Virus record (IMG/VR): IMGVR_UViG_3300044701_002172
Location: 62,001-126,000 of that record
DNA from: an uncultured virus (IMG/VR IMGVR_UViG_3300044701_002172)
Taxonomy: Duplodnaviria; Heunggongvirae; Uroviricota; Caudoviricetes
Strand: one strand, 5' to 3'
Length of the DNA stretch: 64,000 nucleotides
In this document: positions 9,001 to 16,340 of the stretch, piece after piece
Position numbering within the stretch: the first letter of the stretch is position 1
Layout of the letters: every line of letters begins with the position of its first letter
Position numbers and translations under genes: made by a program
Notes under the pieces: model-generated
Seen by the model: the letters and a program-made list of their open reading frames with translations, nothing else
Database searches by the model: none
Told to the model about the DNA's origin: nothing

Positions 9001-11448
9001 CTGAGGAGAATACAAATCGTCATTTTCATTAATTCTCCATCCTCTCATAGCAAGGACAGCTAAATTTCTAGCAATATCAAATGCTCTAATTGTTTCTGAA
9101 AGTTCGGTAGCAATATAGCCAATGCCAGTACCTAAAACATAATACTTAGCAGCTTCAATAGTGTTATGGTTTCCACCATATTCCATATCACGAAGAATAG
9201 CACTTACAAAGTGTCCGATATCTCTAATACACTTTGCTTCGTTTGGATTGGTAAATTCAGGAAACTCAGCAATTACTTGCTTATAAGTTTCATCTTTGAT
9301 AAACTCAAGATTATTCTTAATTAGATTTCTAGCATCTTGATATCTTCTAGAAATATAAGGAGTAGCTTCAAACTTGTTTGGTGAGTTTAAAAGAGATAGA
9401 GTTACATAATGTGATACAGGAGAAACTGTAGCATTTGCTGGAGTGTAATTGCTATCAGTAAACTCAGGCATGTTATCTTTAGGGATAACAAATCTTCTAG
9501 ATCTACTATCATCATCAATTAGCACACCAACTTTATCAAGGTCGTAAATCCTTTGAATGCCATTTAAGTTTGCTAATTCAGGAGGAAGACCAGAAATTCT
9601 AACTTCTTGACCTTCGTGAAAATCATGAATATTATCTATACCTTGTAATTGATTTGTATAGAAAATAATACCACCAACTTGAGCTTGTTGAGAAGCATCA
9701 ATTCTTACAATTGGGAAAGTTGTTGTTGTATCAGTTCCATGTTCTACAACTTCGCCTTCTGGTCTGATAGATGAAAGATCTACAATAGTAAAAGTAAATT
9801 CTTGTGCCCAATCAGATCCATTCCAAGTATATGTAATACCATCATTTGGATGGGTGTATACATCACCAATTGATGGTGACGATGGCCACCCAGTATATTC
9901 TACGGGAGCTTCAATATAATAACGAACACTTTCACCCTCAGCAAATACACCAACAGAAGTCTCAAAATCAACAGAACCTTTTTGATATGCTGTTGGTCCT
10001 GTAGTCGAATCAAAAGTTACAACTTTAACAGAACCAATAGCACTAGTGTTTACACCGTTAATTGTTTCTCCAACAACTAACTTATTACCGCCAGCATTAA
10101 AATCAAATACTGCTCTAAAAAGTGTTTTGCCGAAAATTTGATGACCAATAGGGAATCTTCTCTTGAAGTCTCCTCCGTATGTTGGATCATAATATAATCT
10201 TTGCTTATCATCAAATACACAAGCAAAGTTCCATGTGGATACGGGATTACCCAGAGTGTCTAGTTTATCCCTAAAGACCATACCAGTGATATAGTTTTTA
10301 TCGGCAAACTTAAATACGTTTTTACCAGGATTGTTTGGTCTTACAATTACAATTCTAAGCGAGTCACCAACAACCGAACAATCGGGTGGAATAGAAATTG
10401 GGTTATCTTCTACATAATCACCACCAGCGATAATAACAGTTTCTTTTATATTTCTAGATTCTGTAGCAATTTGACAACCACGTTTGATTGTTCTTACGGG
10501 AGAAGCTACAGATCTACCATCATTTTCATCATCACCAATTTGCTGAGAAACATAAACACGACCACCAACGTCATTGGTAGCAAGATTTAATACGTATTCA
10601 GTGGTAGCAATTTTATTTGAATTATCTCCTAGAGGAGGAGTGATAGATCTTGGCCAAGAAAGTTCACCAAAATATGGTTGGTTTGAATCATTTACACGGA
10701 AACCAACATGCTCTAACTGAACTGTTCCATTGGTTACTATTCCCTCAGTATGTAATGGAGGTGTTGTTCCAGTAATGCCAGTATTTTTTGCTCTATATAA
10801 ATTTCCTTCGAAATAACGGATAGCATTTTTCGTTAACGAAACATTCGAAACCCAAACTTGTTCTGAATTATTATCAAATAATTTAAGATATGGTGCTCTA
10901 ATATTAAGATCCGCAGTTACAAAATTTTCTAGGTCTAGATTAAGAATACGAGCAGTATCTGAAATGATAGATGAAGACGTTCTAATAGCACCGTTTACAT
11001 CAATTTCATAATCGATAGTATCCAGTGTACATGTCGCTACAGCACCGCCACCTGTAGTATCACCCTCGGCATTTTGAATTGTGATTGAAGGTGGTGTGGA
11101 ATAACCAGATCCTGGATTAGATACAATAACAGCTATAACTCTACCGTTAGATAAAATTGTGCTGGCGGTAGCTTGAATAGAACCGATACCAGCGGGCGGA
11201 GGATCTATAATTACTAAAGGGGGGGAAGTATACCCCGTTCCTTGGGCAGTGACATTAATATTATCTACACGACTTCCTGTTCTATTAACACCAATTCTTG
11301 GTAATTTGGTAGTTGAATCAATTAAAGCTCTAAAAACTTCCTTTTCATCAGATCCTTGACCCGATCTAATTATAAAATTATCGCTACCAATAATATTAGG
11401 CGAATCAGATTTGATGTATTGCTTATCAGAATTAAATTCTAATCCCAT
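1..11448 (-). CDS. Giant tail fibre/tailspike-like virion protein (>3,816 aa, 3' end outside window): N-terminal GSGY-type repeats, split pectin-lyase-like beta-helix, 8 phycobiliprotein-like helical repeats, fibre repeats, start of a peptidase-S74 autocleaving chaperone
   Basis: ATG at 11448 (MGLEFNSDKQYIK) downstream of GATAAATA. Segments translated at 10560, 9350-5150, 5000-4650 and 60-1 all fall in the same frame. Last residues are TGDLSCTGDITAFASSDRRL (S74-type SDxRL motif). Absent from the ORF track, most likely because its stop lies outside the window. Confidence 0.85.
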   Translation of the reverse strand, partial: MGLEFNSDKQYIKSDSPNIIGSDNFIIRSGQGSDEKEVFRALIDSTTKLPRIGVNRTGSRVDNINVTAQGTGYTSPPLVIIDPPPAGIGSIQATASTILSNGRVIAVIVSNPGSGYSTPPSITIQNAEGDTTGGGAVATCTLDTIDYEIDVNGAIRTSSSIISDTARILNLDLENFVTADLNIRAPYLKLFDNNSEQVWVSNVSLTKNAIRYFEGNLYRAKNTGITGTTPPLHTEGIVTNGTVQLEHVGFRVNDSNQPYFGELSWPRSITPPLGDNSNKIATTEYVLNLATNDVGGRVYVSQQIGDDENDGRSVASPVRTIKRGCQIATESRNIKETVIIAGGDYVEDNPISIPPDCSVVGDSLRIVIVRPNNPGKNVFKFADKNYITGMVFRDKLDTLGNPVSTWNFACVFDDKQRLYYDPTYGGDFKRRFPIGHQIFGKTLFRAVFDFNAGGNKLVVGETINGVNTSAIGSVKVVTFDSTTGPTAYQKGSVDFETSVGVFAEGESVRYYIEAPVEYTGWPSSPSIGDVYTHPNDGITYTWNGSDWAQEFTFTIVDLSSIRPEGEVVEHGTDTTTTFPIVRIDASQQAQVGGIIFYTNQLQGIDNIHDFHEGQEVRISGLPPELANLNGIQRIYDLDKVGVLIDDDSRSRRFVIPKDNMPEFTDSNYTPANATVSPVSHYVTLSLLNSPNKFEATPYISRRYQDARNLIKNNLEFIKDETYKQVIAEFPEFTNPNEAKCIRDIGHFVSAILRDMEYGGNHNTIEAAKYYVLGTGIGYIATELSETIRAFDIARNLAVLAMRGWRINENDDLYSPQFSNISRYFDPDVTIDSVWPYCANVEAAINNLANLFIAIISNNQTDRFVEASYLIARNQEFIKQETSRYIEDAYPELFISPNASAARYKDSTNLIKANREEILDRALAEVAVEHPDFYYPGDTQTNAQSRYNDAYRLIQKNKETIVDTAAAEIAVQYPDFYYPGDLQTNERSRYADAYRLIQQNKTAIIDTAYTSSGGSIPADPDGTKCKRDIGYFIDAVSLDVFLGGNSNSIAFLKQYFDNAGSLTTNGLAGEIPQSVLAFNSARDEMKKAVANQLGVTDTSVTAGSAIYASGGTTVPNTDPTACSDVQTYIANLTAIITTRLTAGNLIGLPNINRDYQSRYYDAANLIKANKEEIKVRAAAEIAIQFPDFYYPNDPQTTARSRFKDGYRLIQQNRQEIIDRAAAQIAVDYPDFYYPGDAQTNARSRFKDGYRLIQKNRTLIIDNAFASMQTQYPGFTVPGNDDARCKRDIGYFVDAISLDMATGGNQYSIAFTKLYFDGSGLAISNGLVGETAQSVFAFNEAREQCALAVTNQLAYIDLSVTAGPTNYGGGGGSVSNTDPTACSDVQSALQTLTTLITDRITAGNINGANALPTPTTGDSFVTAGEAKCKRDIGYFVDAIALDIYDGGNQFTLGFTKLYFDPETGIKIANGLSGEESEADTAFTMAVEMMKKAVSNQLYIKDLTITAGPASYGVPGPDIAVLESGNAAACIDVQTAVETLATIAQTRLLAGNINGANVLPPTTTGASVTPAGEAKCRRDIGYIVDAVAYDIQTGGNSRIIDYTLRYFENATTLLTNGLDGEVSQSIVAFNKARDWMNKALTNQLYVKDTTITADPDTLSNISESSCANVRTAVSNLVSILTTTLQTGNTSGLPAVRKASGNLKCRRDIGYFVDAIALDLFSGSNKYSRNFVLQYFNSGSPISDGLLGEEAQSVVAFNKARDMMKLAVYNGLYYKDLTVSTGPATYGGGGGNVANTDPAACSDVQTAITNFTTLITDRISAGNLTGLPAETATTYFASESKCRRDIGYIVDAVASDLYDGGNKNTIRATKRYFLTNTIPLSNGLVGETSQSITAFNKARDVMRLAVTNQLNERDLTITGDPNPGYLPTVFGYGVEGELNNNNNPDSCIDVRNSIGTLIAIATTAIAAGNLTSLPAINEGDFLTTTTIKCRRDIGFILGALRRDLILGGNAGIVTSGESYYTGNALTGIPQSELLPTRQAFTKARDLAILAMRNWKTGDGTGVVYIPEFATAPQFIDSTTIVDTNTPTCANVATTITTAFSILDDILANGSVVEKSFGTLFEPTVVFPENTIYDADNKRVNVDSIYLDLPFIEASPYIQNASVISFLGGGGCEIDGDKIRQPNCPRPGLNPPIGNADPKATFPNQGKSMVAAQFTIISFGGTGYRIVNDGYVQLVSVFVLFAQDGIYADTGGYASVTNSATNFGTYALRARGFRKDPYAFDIGTITNVTTTATGRTVFTVGGLGREPLEHYIVKFADYENQDSDIEYFVDNVRLTTVGPPFTSTIDINEAMLLQRKSNGQAITVGNAELVGKQIRLHRPSIVNSSSHTWEYAGAGNDYRALPENGGVKNEAFEQVSQAYGRVYTSGTDELGDFKVGYFAKIENRTGNITFTGTVSISEVEFLKLKGGDVVVTGFDASNTLGGNFSSDSKIPTQKAVKDYISNNLGQYLNKPYSTNAVPRNLVELTDSGKISLDQIPALRPFNVFTIQTTAERLALEGPLAGDIAIELGTTTSYILNNDLESQFIGISVNTDLEFATGAFITGSLSTGQGEVTEYRQGVLYRISISNQGNGYDDLNPPSVSISAPDQPGGVSAQASCTVVNGRVVTVTIVDYNGYKGGFGYTSPPSISFSAPGVGGVQAEANGLIESRVYIDIVNNIKIADTDTIQSTNVSPVTVPVIRTVNTSGSNPSNWVSLSTSSISAQDITSGIISSSRLAGNAGEANSFSFLRGDSSYALAVQSIKPAEERYFDFTTDQTAANQNTLQFKLNNQILIGHLVIAPGVPTGTTVANTFVTVVNNVSFTTVTLSTSVTQLITQNTIIEFSRPESPVLLDATLTLSNFVDKILVASGGTGFTDGQYFDLAVSGGTGSGLKANFTIEGGSITTVLVTSGGSAYSSDFSITQMPVQIGLGANAVLEAKTNTSVKNFANVGIDIKRVDAKTLEANEYGNTGVARFKKSQFNIGDSGDGSVELKTGTGSGLDADLLDGQQGLYYRDGQNLVNLSISPDKLGSGLYGIDISGQSANTLRLTTSVNNPSSSPSPSTFNEGVIADTRNNTADGLADGGTRHGVITFRQFGTGSDASGGGVRQLAFTDNNNLWIRGSGSGVASFSTWAKVWTSINDGVGTGMDADLLDGRQGTFYQNAYNINSGIIGPSHISSFLGSTSVDNSLTVKSYVAQTFFDVYISGKILSEAPFVSGLTIDLFDSIGIKVGDFELLNVSTSNNIDDTLDYTILTGRLLSGNIAAAFRIGNTQTNEIINDYNISDFAGTFDVAKLESVSGTARLSLGRTDGTASVPVIDFRSSSSPAGLYNVRLAVSGGNSANGSGSLNILAGNANALTLNSNVIWNAGNITFSSLNNASTAVQRDGSGNFAAGTITASLTGAASLNVLKSGDTMSGSLTFLAGNQVLINTTSGDQGSGSGNKTLTIFNDTAGRDAFLTFHVSGDYAGYFGLDGATNDLFWGGWSVGTSTKYTILHTGNNPVSSLNTNNTLVKRDGSGNFAAGTITATLSGNASTATTLQTARTINGVSFNGSANITITASTAAALSLGTYLTYDAGTTFNGGTARTINVTASTSGNTNLVARDASGNFSAGTITAALSGNATTATTATNLAGGAAGSVPYQSGDGATIFLANSGAGKFIKSTASGIEWATFDIGGSNTQVQYNNNGALAGSAQFTFTSGTNSVLRLGGASSFRQDNVATWTGDAGASEGKLEYHSNRWYINAGASSTEVVRFRRGSSDVAWISNTGDLSCTGDITAFASSDRRL
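5150..9350 (-). repeat. Eight nested intragenic protein repeats (A half RY-D---LI--N---I-D-A---IA---PD; B half KC-RDIGY--DA---D---GGN...C-DV)
   Basis: CxRDIG Cys codons at 9229, 8377, 7600, 7171, 6730, 6346, 5935, 5494; second Cys at 8938, 8086, 7309, 6868, 6460, 6058, 5620, 5197. Confidence 0.9.
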
Positions 11449-11497
11449 GATTGTATCTCTTCCAAGAATTGTTGTTATTACAGGAATTTATTATTAC

Positions 11498-11505
11498 TAT
11501 TTATC
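11498..11505 (-). promoter_or_regulatory. T4-type late promoter (GATAAATA)
   Basis: Intergenic, about 50 nt upstream of the fibre ATG. Confidence 0.7.
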
Positions 11506-11510
11506 AGGTC

Positions 11511-12020
11511 TTACCAAGAAACTGATACAACTTGTATGTTAGAAATCCACTTAACAACGCCAGTTGCTCCATTAGCTTCTACGCTAAAACTAAACTCACC
11601 AGCGTTACCAGTATCGTAATTTTCTACTGACCAAGTTTGTCCTAATGGAACATCATCTCTAATAATTGTATTTAAAGATGCTAAAGTAGAAACATCACCA
11701 TTAGAGGCACATTTAACTGTTGTTTCTATTTTAGTAGAGTAAATTCCTATACCATTTTGCCCAACAGCAATTATATTAGCGGTAATAAAATTTACTGTAT
11801 TATTTTCTAATTGAATATAAGAATTTTGTGTACTACTTTTAGATAAAATAGCAGTATTTAATGCTTTTAAAATAAAATCAGATTTTTTCGTGTCTGTATA
11901 ATTAACATTTTTTAATTCAAACGAGTTAACATTTTGAAGATCATAATTATCAGAAATAATAGTGGTTTGTTTTACTCCAAACCCACCTTCTGAATTAAAA
12001 GTTTTTGTATCTACTGGCAT
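11511..12020 (-). CDS. Putative virion structural protein (169 aa)
   Basis: Packed in the tail operon between two structural genes; beta-rich composition. Confidence 0.7.
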   Translation of the reverse strand: MPVDTKTFNSEGGFGVKQTTIISDNYDLQNVNSFELKNVNYTDTKKSDFILKALNTAILSKSSTQNSYIQLENNTVNFITANIIAVGQNGIGIYSTKIETTVKCASNGDVSTLASLNTIIRDDVPLGQTWSVENYDTGNAGEFSFSVEANGATGVVKWISNIQVVSVSW

Positions 12021-12025
12021 TTGTA

Positions 12026-15000
12026 TTATCTAATAAAGGTTTTTAAAATAGTAAATTCTATACTGGAACCATCGGAAATAGCATTATCTAATGTAGTTGT
12101 TAGTCTAACATCTCCATTAGAATCGAAATCAAAAGTAGCGTCGTATAAAAGATTTCCCGAAAGTAAGCTTTCGTACTCTATGTTATATATGTTTGCTCCG
12201 TTAGCAATAATATTATAATCAACCATATGTTTTTCGTAAGTTGATAAATCAACAGCTATAATAGTTAACTTACAAGCAGAAGCTAAATCAGGATCATATA
12301 AAACATAAGAATTAAAATTATTAGTTCCTTTTAATAAAGTAAATTTATTAGTTTCTAATACAACATTTGCCAAACCAAAATAAGTTAAAGTTCTATCTAA
12401 AATTTTCTCTCCTGTATAAGAACCTTCAGTAAAAGTTTTATTTACGTAGATATCACCAGTAGCACTTAATCTTAGTAAAGCATCATTAGTAACACCAGAT
12501 TTTAATCCGATATCTAAATTATTTTTGCCAGAATAAAGCTTTGTTATTGTAGAACTTGTCGAATCAATACCAAAGGTATCACTGGAGTATCTGACACCAT
12601 CGACATTAATGTTTAGGATATTATTATTTGATGTTATAGTATTTGCTGTTTGGAATGTTAGTGCTGTTTTTGTAACACGTAAAGTATTGTCTCCGTCATT
12701 ATAAAAATATAAGATGTTTTCATTAGCTCCAGATGATGATTCTGGGATAATATAGGTATTACCATCAACGTCTCTTACACCACCTAAACTTGTCCAAGCA
12801 GTGCCGTTATATCCTTCGTATTGTGTTGTTGCTGTATTAAATCTAACAGCACCAGCTTGAGGAATTCCTCTATTTGAACTATTTCCTACAGGAAGAACAA
12901 ACGAAGTAGTTGAGTTAACTTTAACTAATTTTCCAGTAAATGGAGTAATAGTAATATCTTCTGTTACGCTAGAAATATCACTATCCGTAAGTTTTAATTT
13001 GTTGTTTACATTTACTACACTATTAATATTAACGTTATTAATATTATTAAATGTCAAATTACCGTAAATAGTTCTAATAAATTCATAATCATTTGTAGTT
13101 CCTGTTGTATGTGTAGGACCAGCACCACCAGAAGTTAAGTTTGTCGTTATTCTATAAACATTAGTTTCATTATATACTAAATTATTTTCCTCATAAACTG
13201 TAGCAGGCTCCCATTTTTGAACACCAACTATATCAATTGATGATATAGTATTAGCAGATCTAAATTCAAGTTTATCCTGATCTAACTGTAATGAATTAAA
13301 GTTATTATTGTAAAAATATAAAATATTTTCGTTAGATCCAGCTGAAGTTTCTGGAATAATATACGTGTTGCCATCAACGTCTCTTACGCCACCTAAACTA
13401 CTCCAAGCAGTTAATCCATAACCTTCAAATTGTTGATTGCTTGTATTAAATCTAATAGCTCCAGTTGTTGCTGAACCTCGTTGTCCAGTTGTTCCAAAAG
13501 GAATAACTAAACATGACTGAGAATCAACAACTACATTAGTGCCCACAGAGGGTCTGATTGTTAACCCAGATGATTGGGTTGCTATTAAATTTGAAGTAAA
13601 AGTTAAATTTTGATTTACACTTAATGAAGTATTATTTAAATTAAGAGAACCATTAGAAGAAACTATGGAATTTATACCTTCAAAAACTAGTTCATTTTCT
13701 GTGATGTTTAATGTATTTGTATTATTATTATAGAAATAAAATACATTATCATTTGCTCCTACAGAAGATTCGGCAAGCAAATATGTATTGCCATCAGTAT
13801 CTCTAACACTTCCTAAGCTAGACCAAACATTTGTGTCGCCATCGTAACCTTCAAATTGTCTGGTATCAGTATTAAATCTAATAGCTCCAGTTTCAGCATC
13901 TAGCTGTGGTCTTTGTACCTGAGAACCTACAGGAACAATTAGTGCTCTGTTAGAATCGAGCTTTATATTTTTTCCTGGGGAGGGCTTTAAAATTAATGGA
14001 GTTTCTAAAAGAGTAGAAATTGTATTATCTACAATAGTTGTAATATCATTTACATTTAATCCATCAAGACATTTAACTTCACCGTTGGTAGTTAGATTAC
14101 CGTTAGAAGATTCAATTGATAAGGTTGTGGCATTATTATCAATAATATTAATTCTACTTGTATTGATATTAATATCGTTAACTACATCAAATTCTAAAAT
14201 ATTTGATGATGATAATTTTGGTGTTGAAATATCTGTTATTGCTGATAATGTGTCTGTTACGATTACATCTGAAGCAATATTATCAATAAACCCAGATGTT
14301 CCTGTAAATGATACTGCCTCGACATCTCCAGTTAAAACTTCTACTTTTACTGGATTTGTTACAGATATACCAGTTGCTGTGAATATAAATCCACTACCAT
14401 CACTCGTATCTATAATTTCATATGTTGCTTGGTCAGCAATATTATTAACACCAGATATTACAATTACATCTTCTACATCATATCCTGTTCCAGGATCATT
14501 TATTTCAATATTAGTAATATTGCCACCACCGATTTCGGTAATTACAATAGTGGCGGTTCCACTTCCAATAGTAATTAAATCATTGATTGAATATCCCGAT
14601 CCAGGAGTATTAATTACTGCCGAAGTTACTTCTCCGCCAGTTACTCCAGATACAGAAAATTGACCTCCCGTACCATCAGGAATTGTTAATACGTCACCAA
14701 TTTCATAATTTTGCCCGCCGTTTACAATATTAATACCTGAAATAGTGCCACCCAAAACAGATGTTACTGTTGCTGTGCCTCCAGTACCCCCATCAATAGT
14801 TAAAATATCATTTACTTGATACTCAACTCCCCCTGAATTAATAATAACTGAAGAAATCTCACCTCCAGGAGTAACCGAAGATATAGATAATATAACATCA
14901 TCTGGCGCTGGCTCTCCAGTCTCTGGATCTAATGCCTGAGAACCAGGAATAGACACAAGTTCTCCTTGAACATATCCACTACCACCAGAATTTATAGTTA

Positions 15001-16156
15001 TATTTGATGGAATTCCTCCAGCATCAACCACGTAATCAAAAGTTAAACCAACCCCAGTTGATAAGAAATCTAAGGGATTTGTTGGTTGATTTGTATATGT
15101 TCCTGGAGTGTAAACGCTACCAACATTATCTACATTAAAAGAAGAAACAACATTTTGTGGTTCTGCTATAATATCTATCGTAGCATTATTGCCAAATCCA
15201 CCGCTTACAGTTGTTGTTGATGTGGTGTATCCAGAACCAACCGAAGTTAAACTAAGTTGATCGATTTCTCCAGCATTTAGTACAGAAATTGAAACTGATG
15301 CCCCAGTTCCATTTCCTCCTGTGGGACTATAAACTCCATCAAAATAATTAGAACCAGGAATTATATTTTCTATAGTTCCAATAATACCTCCCGTTGAGGC
15401 AACAATATCTAGAGTAAGACCAGAACCTAATCCACCAGTGGTAGATACGTTCTGTGTAGTAACATATCCTTCTGTTCCATTTAAAAATCCAATCTGTTCA
15501 GGAACTCCATTTACTGAAGCAGTAATATCTACTGTTAGACCAGTTCCAGATCCGCCAGTCGTAGGTACATTTAAACCAGAAACATAAGTTTGCCCACTGG
15601 TTATTAAACTTAATTCGACTACTCTTCCCGTGGGATCATTCGATATTCCTTGAGGAGCAACAGTTAGATCATCACCAATTACATAACTATAACCGCCATC
15701 AGTAATAATTACATCAGAAACAGATCCATTGACATCTACGGTAATGGTAGCTTTTGCTCCCGTTCCTGTACCACCCAAAACATTTATATCTGAATAAGTT
15801 CCTTCAGCATATCCAGATCCATTATTAGTAATTTGTATATTTGCTGTTGATAAAGATCTTTTTTCAGTGTATAAATTTTGAGCAAAATATGATCCAGTGG
15901 GGGATAATGATAAAACAGGTTTTCCACCACCAGCAAAACCTAGACGTTGAGCGCCATCTTTGTAAATTCCTAAAGTAATATCAGATTCAAATGTCAATGA
16001 TGGCGAAGTTAAAGATCCATCAGCATATTCTGTTTTAAAAACAGTAATGCTAGATTGTCCCGATGTATAATCATACACATCTTGAGCAATTAAATTAATC
16101 TTTTGCCTTTGAGTTTCAAATGTGTCTGTTTTAGCAACGGATCTAAGAACTGCCAT
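12026..16156 (-). CDS. Virion structural/fibre protein (1376 aa) with Gly-rich GSGY repeats and three GAIRFN..FEGY..W.SLG.VRD.DGNTY repeats
   Basis: Long ORF; repeat types typical of cyanomyovirus tail/baseplate fibres. Confidence 0.8.
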   Translation of the reverse strand: MAVLRSVAKTDTFETQRQKINLIAQDVYDYTSGQSSITVFKTEYADGSLTSPSLTFESDITLGIYKDGAQRLGFAGGGKPVLSLSPTGSYFAQNLYTEKRSLSTANIQITNNGSGYAEGTYSDINVLGGTGTGAKATITVDVNGSVSDVIITDGGYSYVIGDDLTVAPQGISNDPTGRVVELSLITSGQTYVSGLNVPTTGGSGTGLTVDITASVNGVPEQIGFLNGTEGYVTTQNVSTTGGLGSGLTLDIVASTGGIIGTIENIIPGSNYFDGVYSPTGGNGTGASVSISVLNAGEIDQLSLTSVGSGYTTSTTTVSGGFGNNATIDIIAEPQNVVSSFNVDNVGSVYTPGTYTNQPTNPLDFLSTGVGLTFDYVVDAGGIPSNITINSGGSGYVQGELVSIPGSQALDPETGEPAPDDVILSISSVTPGGEISSVIINSGGVEYQVNDILTIDGGTGGTATVTSVLGGTISGINIVNGGQNYEIGDVLTIPDGTGGQFSVSGVTGGEVTSAVINTPGSGYSINDLITIGSGTATIVITEIGGGNITNIEINDPGTGYDVEDVIVISGVNNIADQATYEIIDTSDGSGFIFTATGISVTNPVKVEVLTGDVEAVSFTGTSGFIDNIASDVIVTDTLSAITDISTPKLSSSNILEFDVVNDININTSRINIIDNNATTLSIESSNGNLTTNGEVKCLDGLNVNDITTIVDNTISTLLETPLILKPSPGKNIKLDSNRALIVPVGSQVQRPQLDAETGAIRFNTDTRQFEGYDGDTNVWSSLGSVRDTDGNTYLLAESSVGANDNVFYFYNNNTNTLNITENELVFEGINSIVSSNGSLNLNNTSLSVNQNLTFTSNLIATQSSGLTIRPSVGTNVVVDSQSCLVIPFGTTGQRGSATTGAIRFNTSNQQFEGYGLTAWSSLGGVRDVDGNTYIIPETSAGSNENILYFYNNNFNSLQLDQDKLEFRSANTISSIDIVGVQKWEPATVYEENNLVYNETNVYRITTNLTSGGAGPTHTTGTTNDYEFIRTIYGNLTFNNINNVNINSVVNVNNKLKLTDSDISSVTEDITITPFTGKLVKVNSTTSFVLPVGNSSNRGIPQAGAVRFNTATTQYEGYNGTAWTSLGGVRDVDGNTYIIPESSSGANENILYFYNDGDNTLRVTKTALTFQTANTITSNNNILNINVDGVRYSSDTFGIDSTSSTITKLYSGKNNLDIGLKSGVTNDALLRLSATGDIYVNKTFTEGSYTGEKILDRTLTYFGLANVVLETNKFTLLKGTNNFNSYVLYDPDLASACKLTIIAVDLSTYEKHMVDYNIIANGANIYNIEYESLLSGNLLYDATFDFDSNGDVRLTTTLDNAISDGSSIEFTILKTFIR

Positions 16157-16340
16157 TTCTTATTATCTCTCTGAGAAGCTGTTTGATTTCAGATATTTCT
16201 TCCTTCAAAGTATTTATGTCATCTCTCATGACATTAAATTCTGTTGACAATTTTTTTGTGGGGCGTTCTTTACTTATGATCGCCCCAGTAGTCATGTCTC
16301 TAACTAAACTTGGATGCCCCTCTACAGAAATGTATTTCAT
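16143..16340 (-). CDS. Small hypothetical protein with C-terminal coiled coil (65 aa)
   Basis: Overlaps both neighbours (TGATG coupling at 16340); heptad pattern INTLKEEISEIKQLL. Confidence 0.7.
   Translation of the reverse strand: MKYISVEGHPSLVRDMTTGAIISKERPTKKLSTEFNVMRDDINTLKEEISEIKQLLREIIRNGSS
16211..16218 (-). promoter_or_regulatory. Possible late promoter (CATAAATA)
   Basis: 55 nt upstream of the 1376-aa gene, inside the small ORF. Confidence 0.45.
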
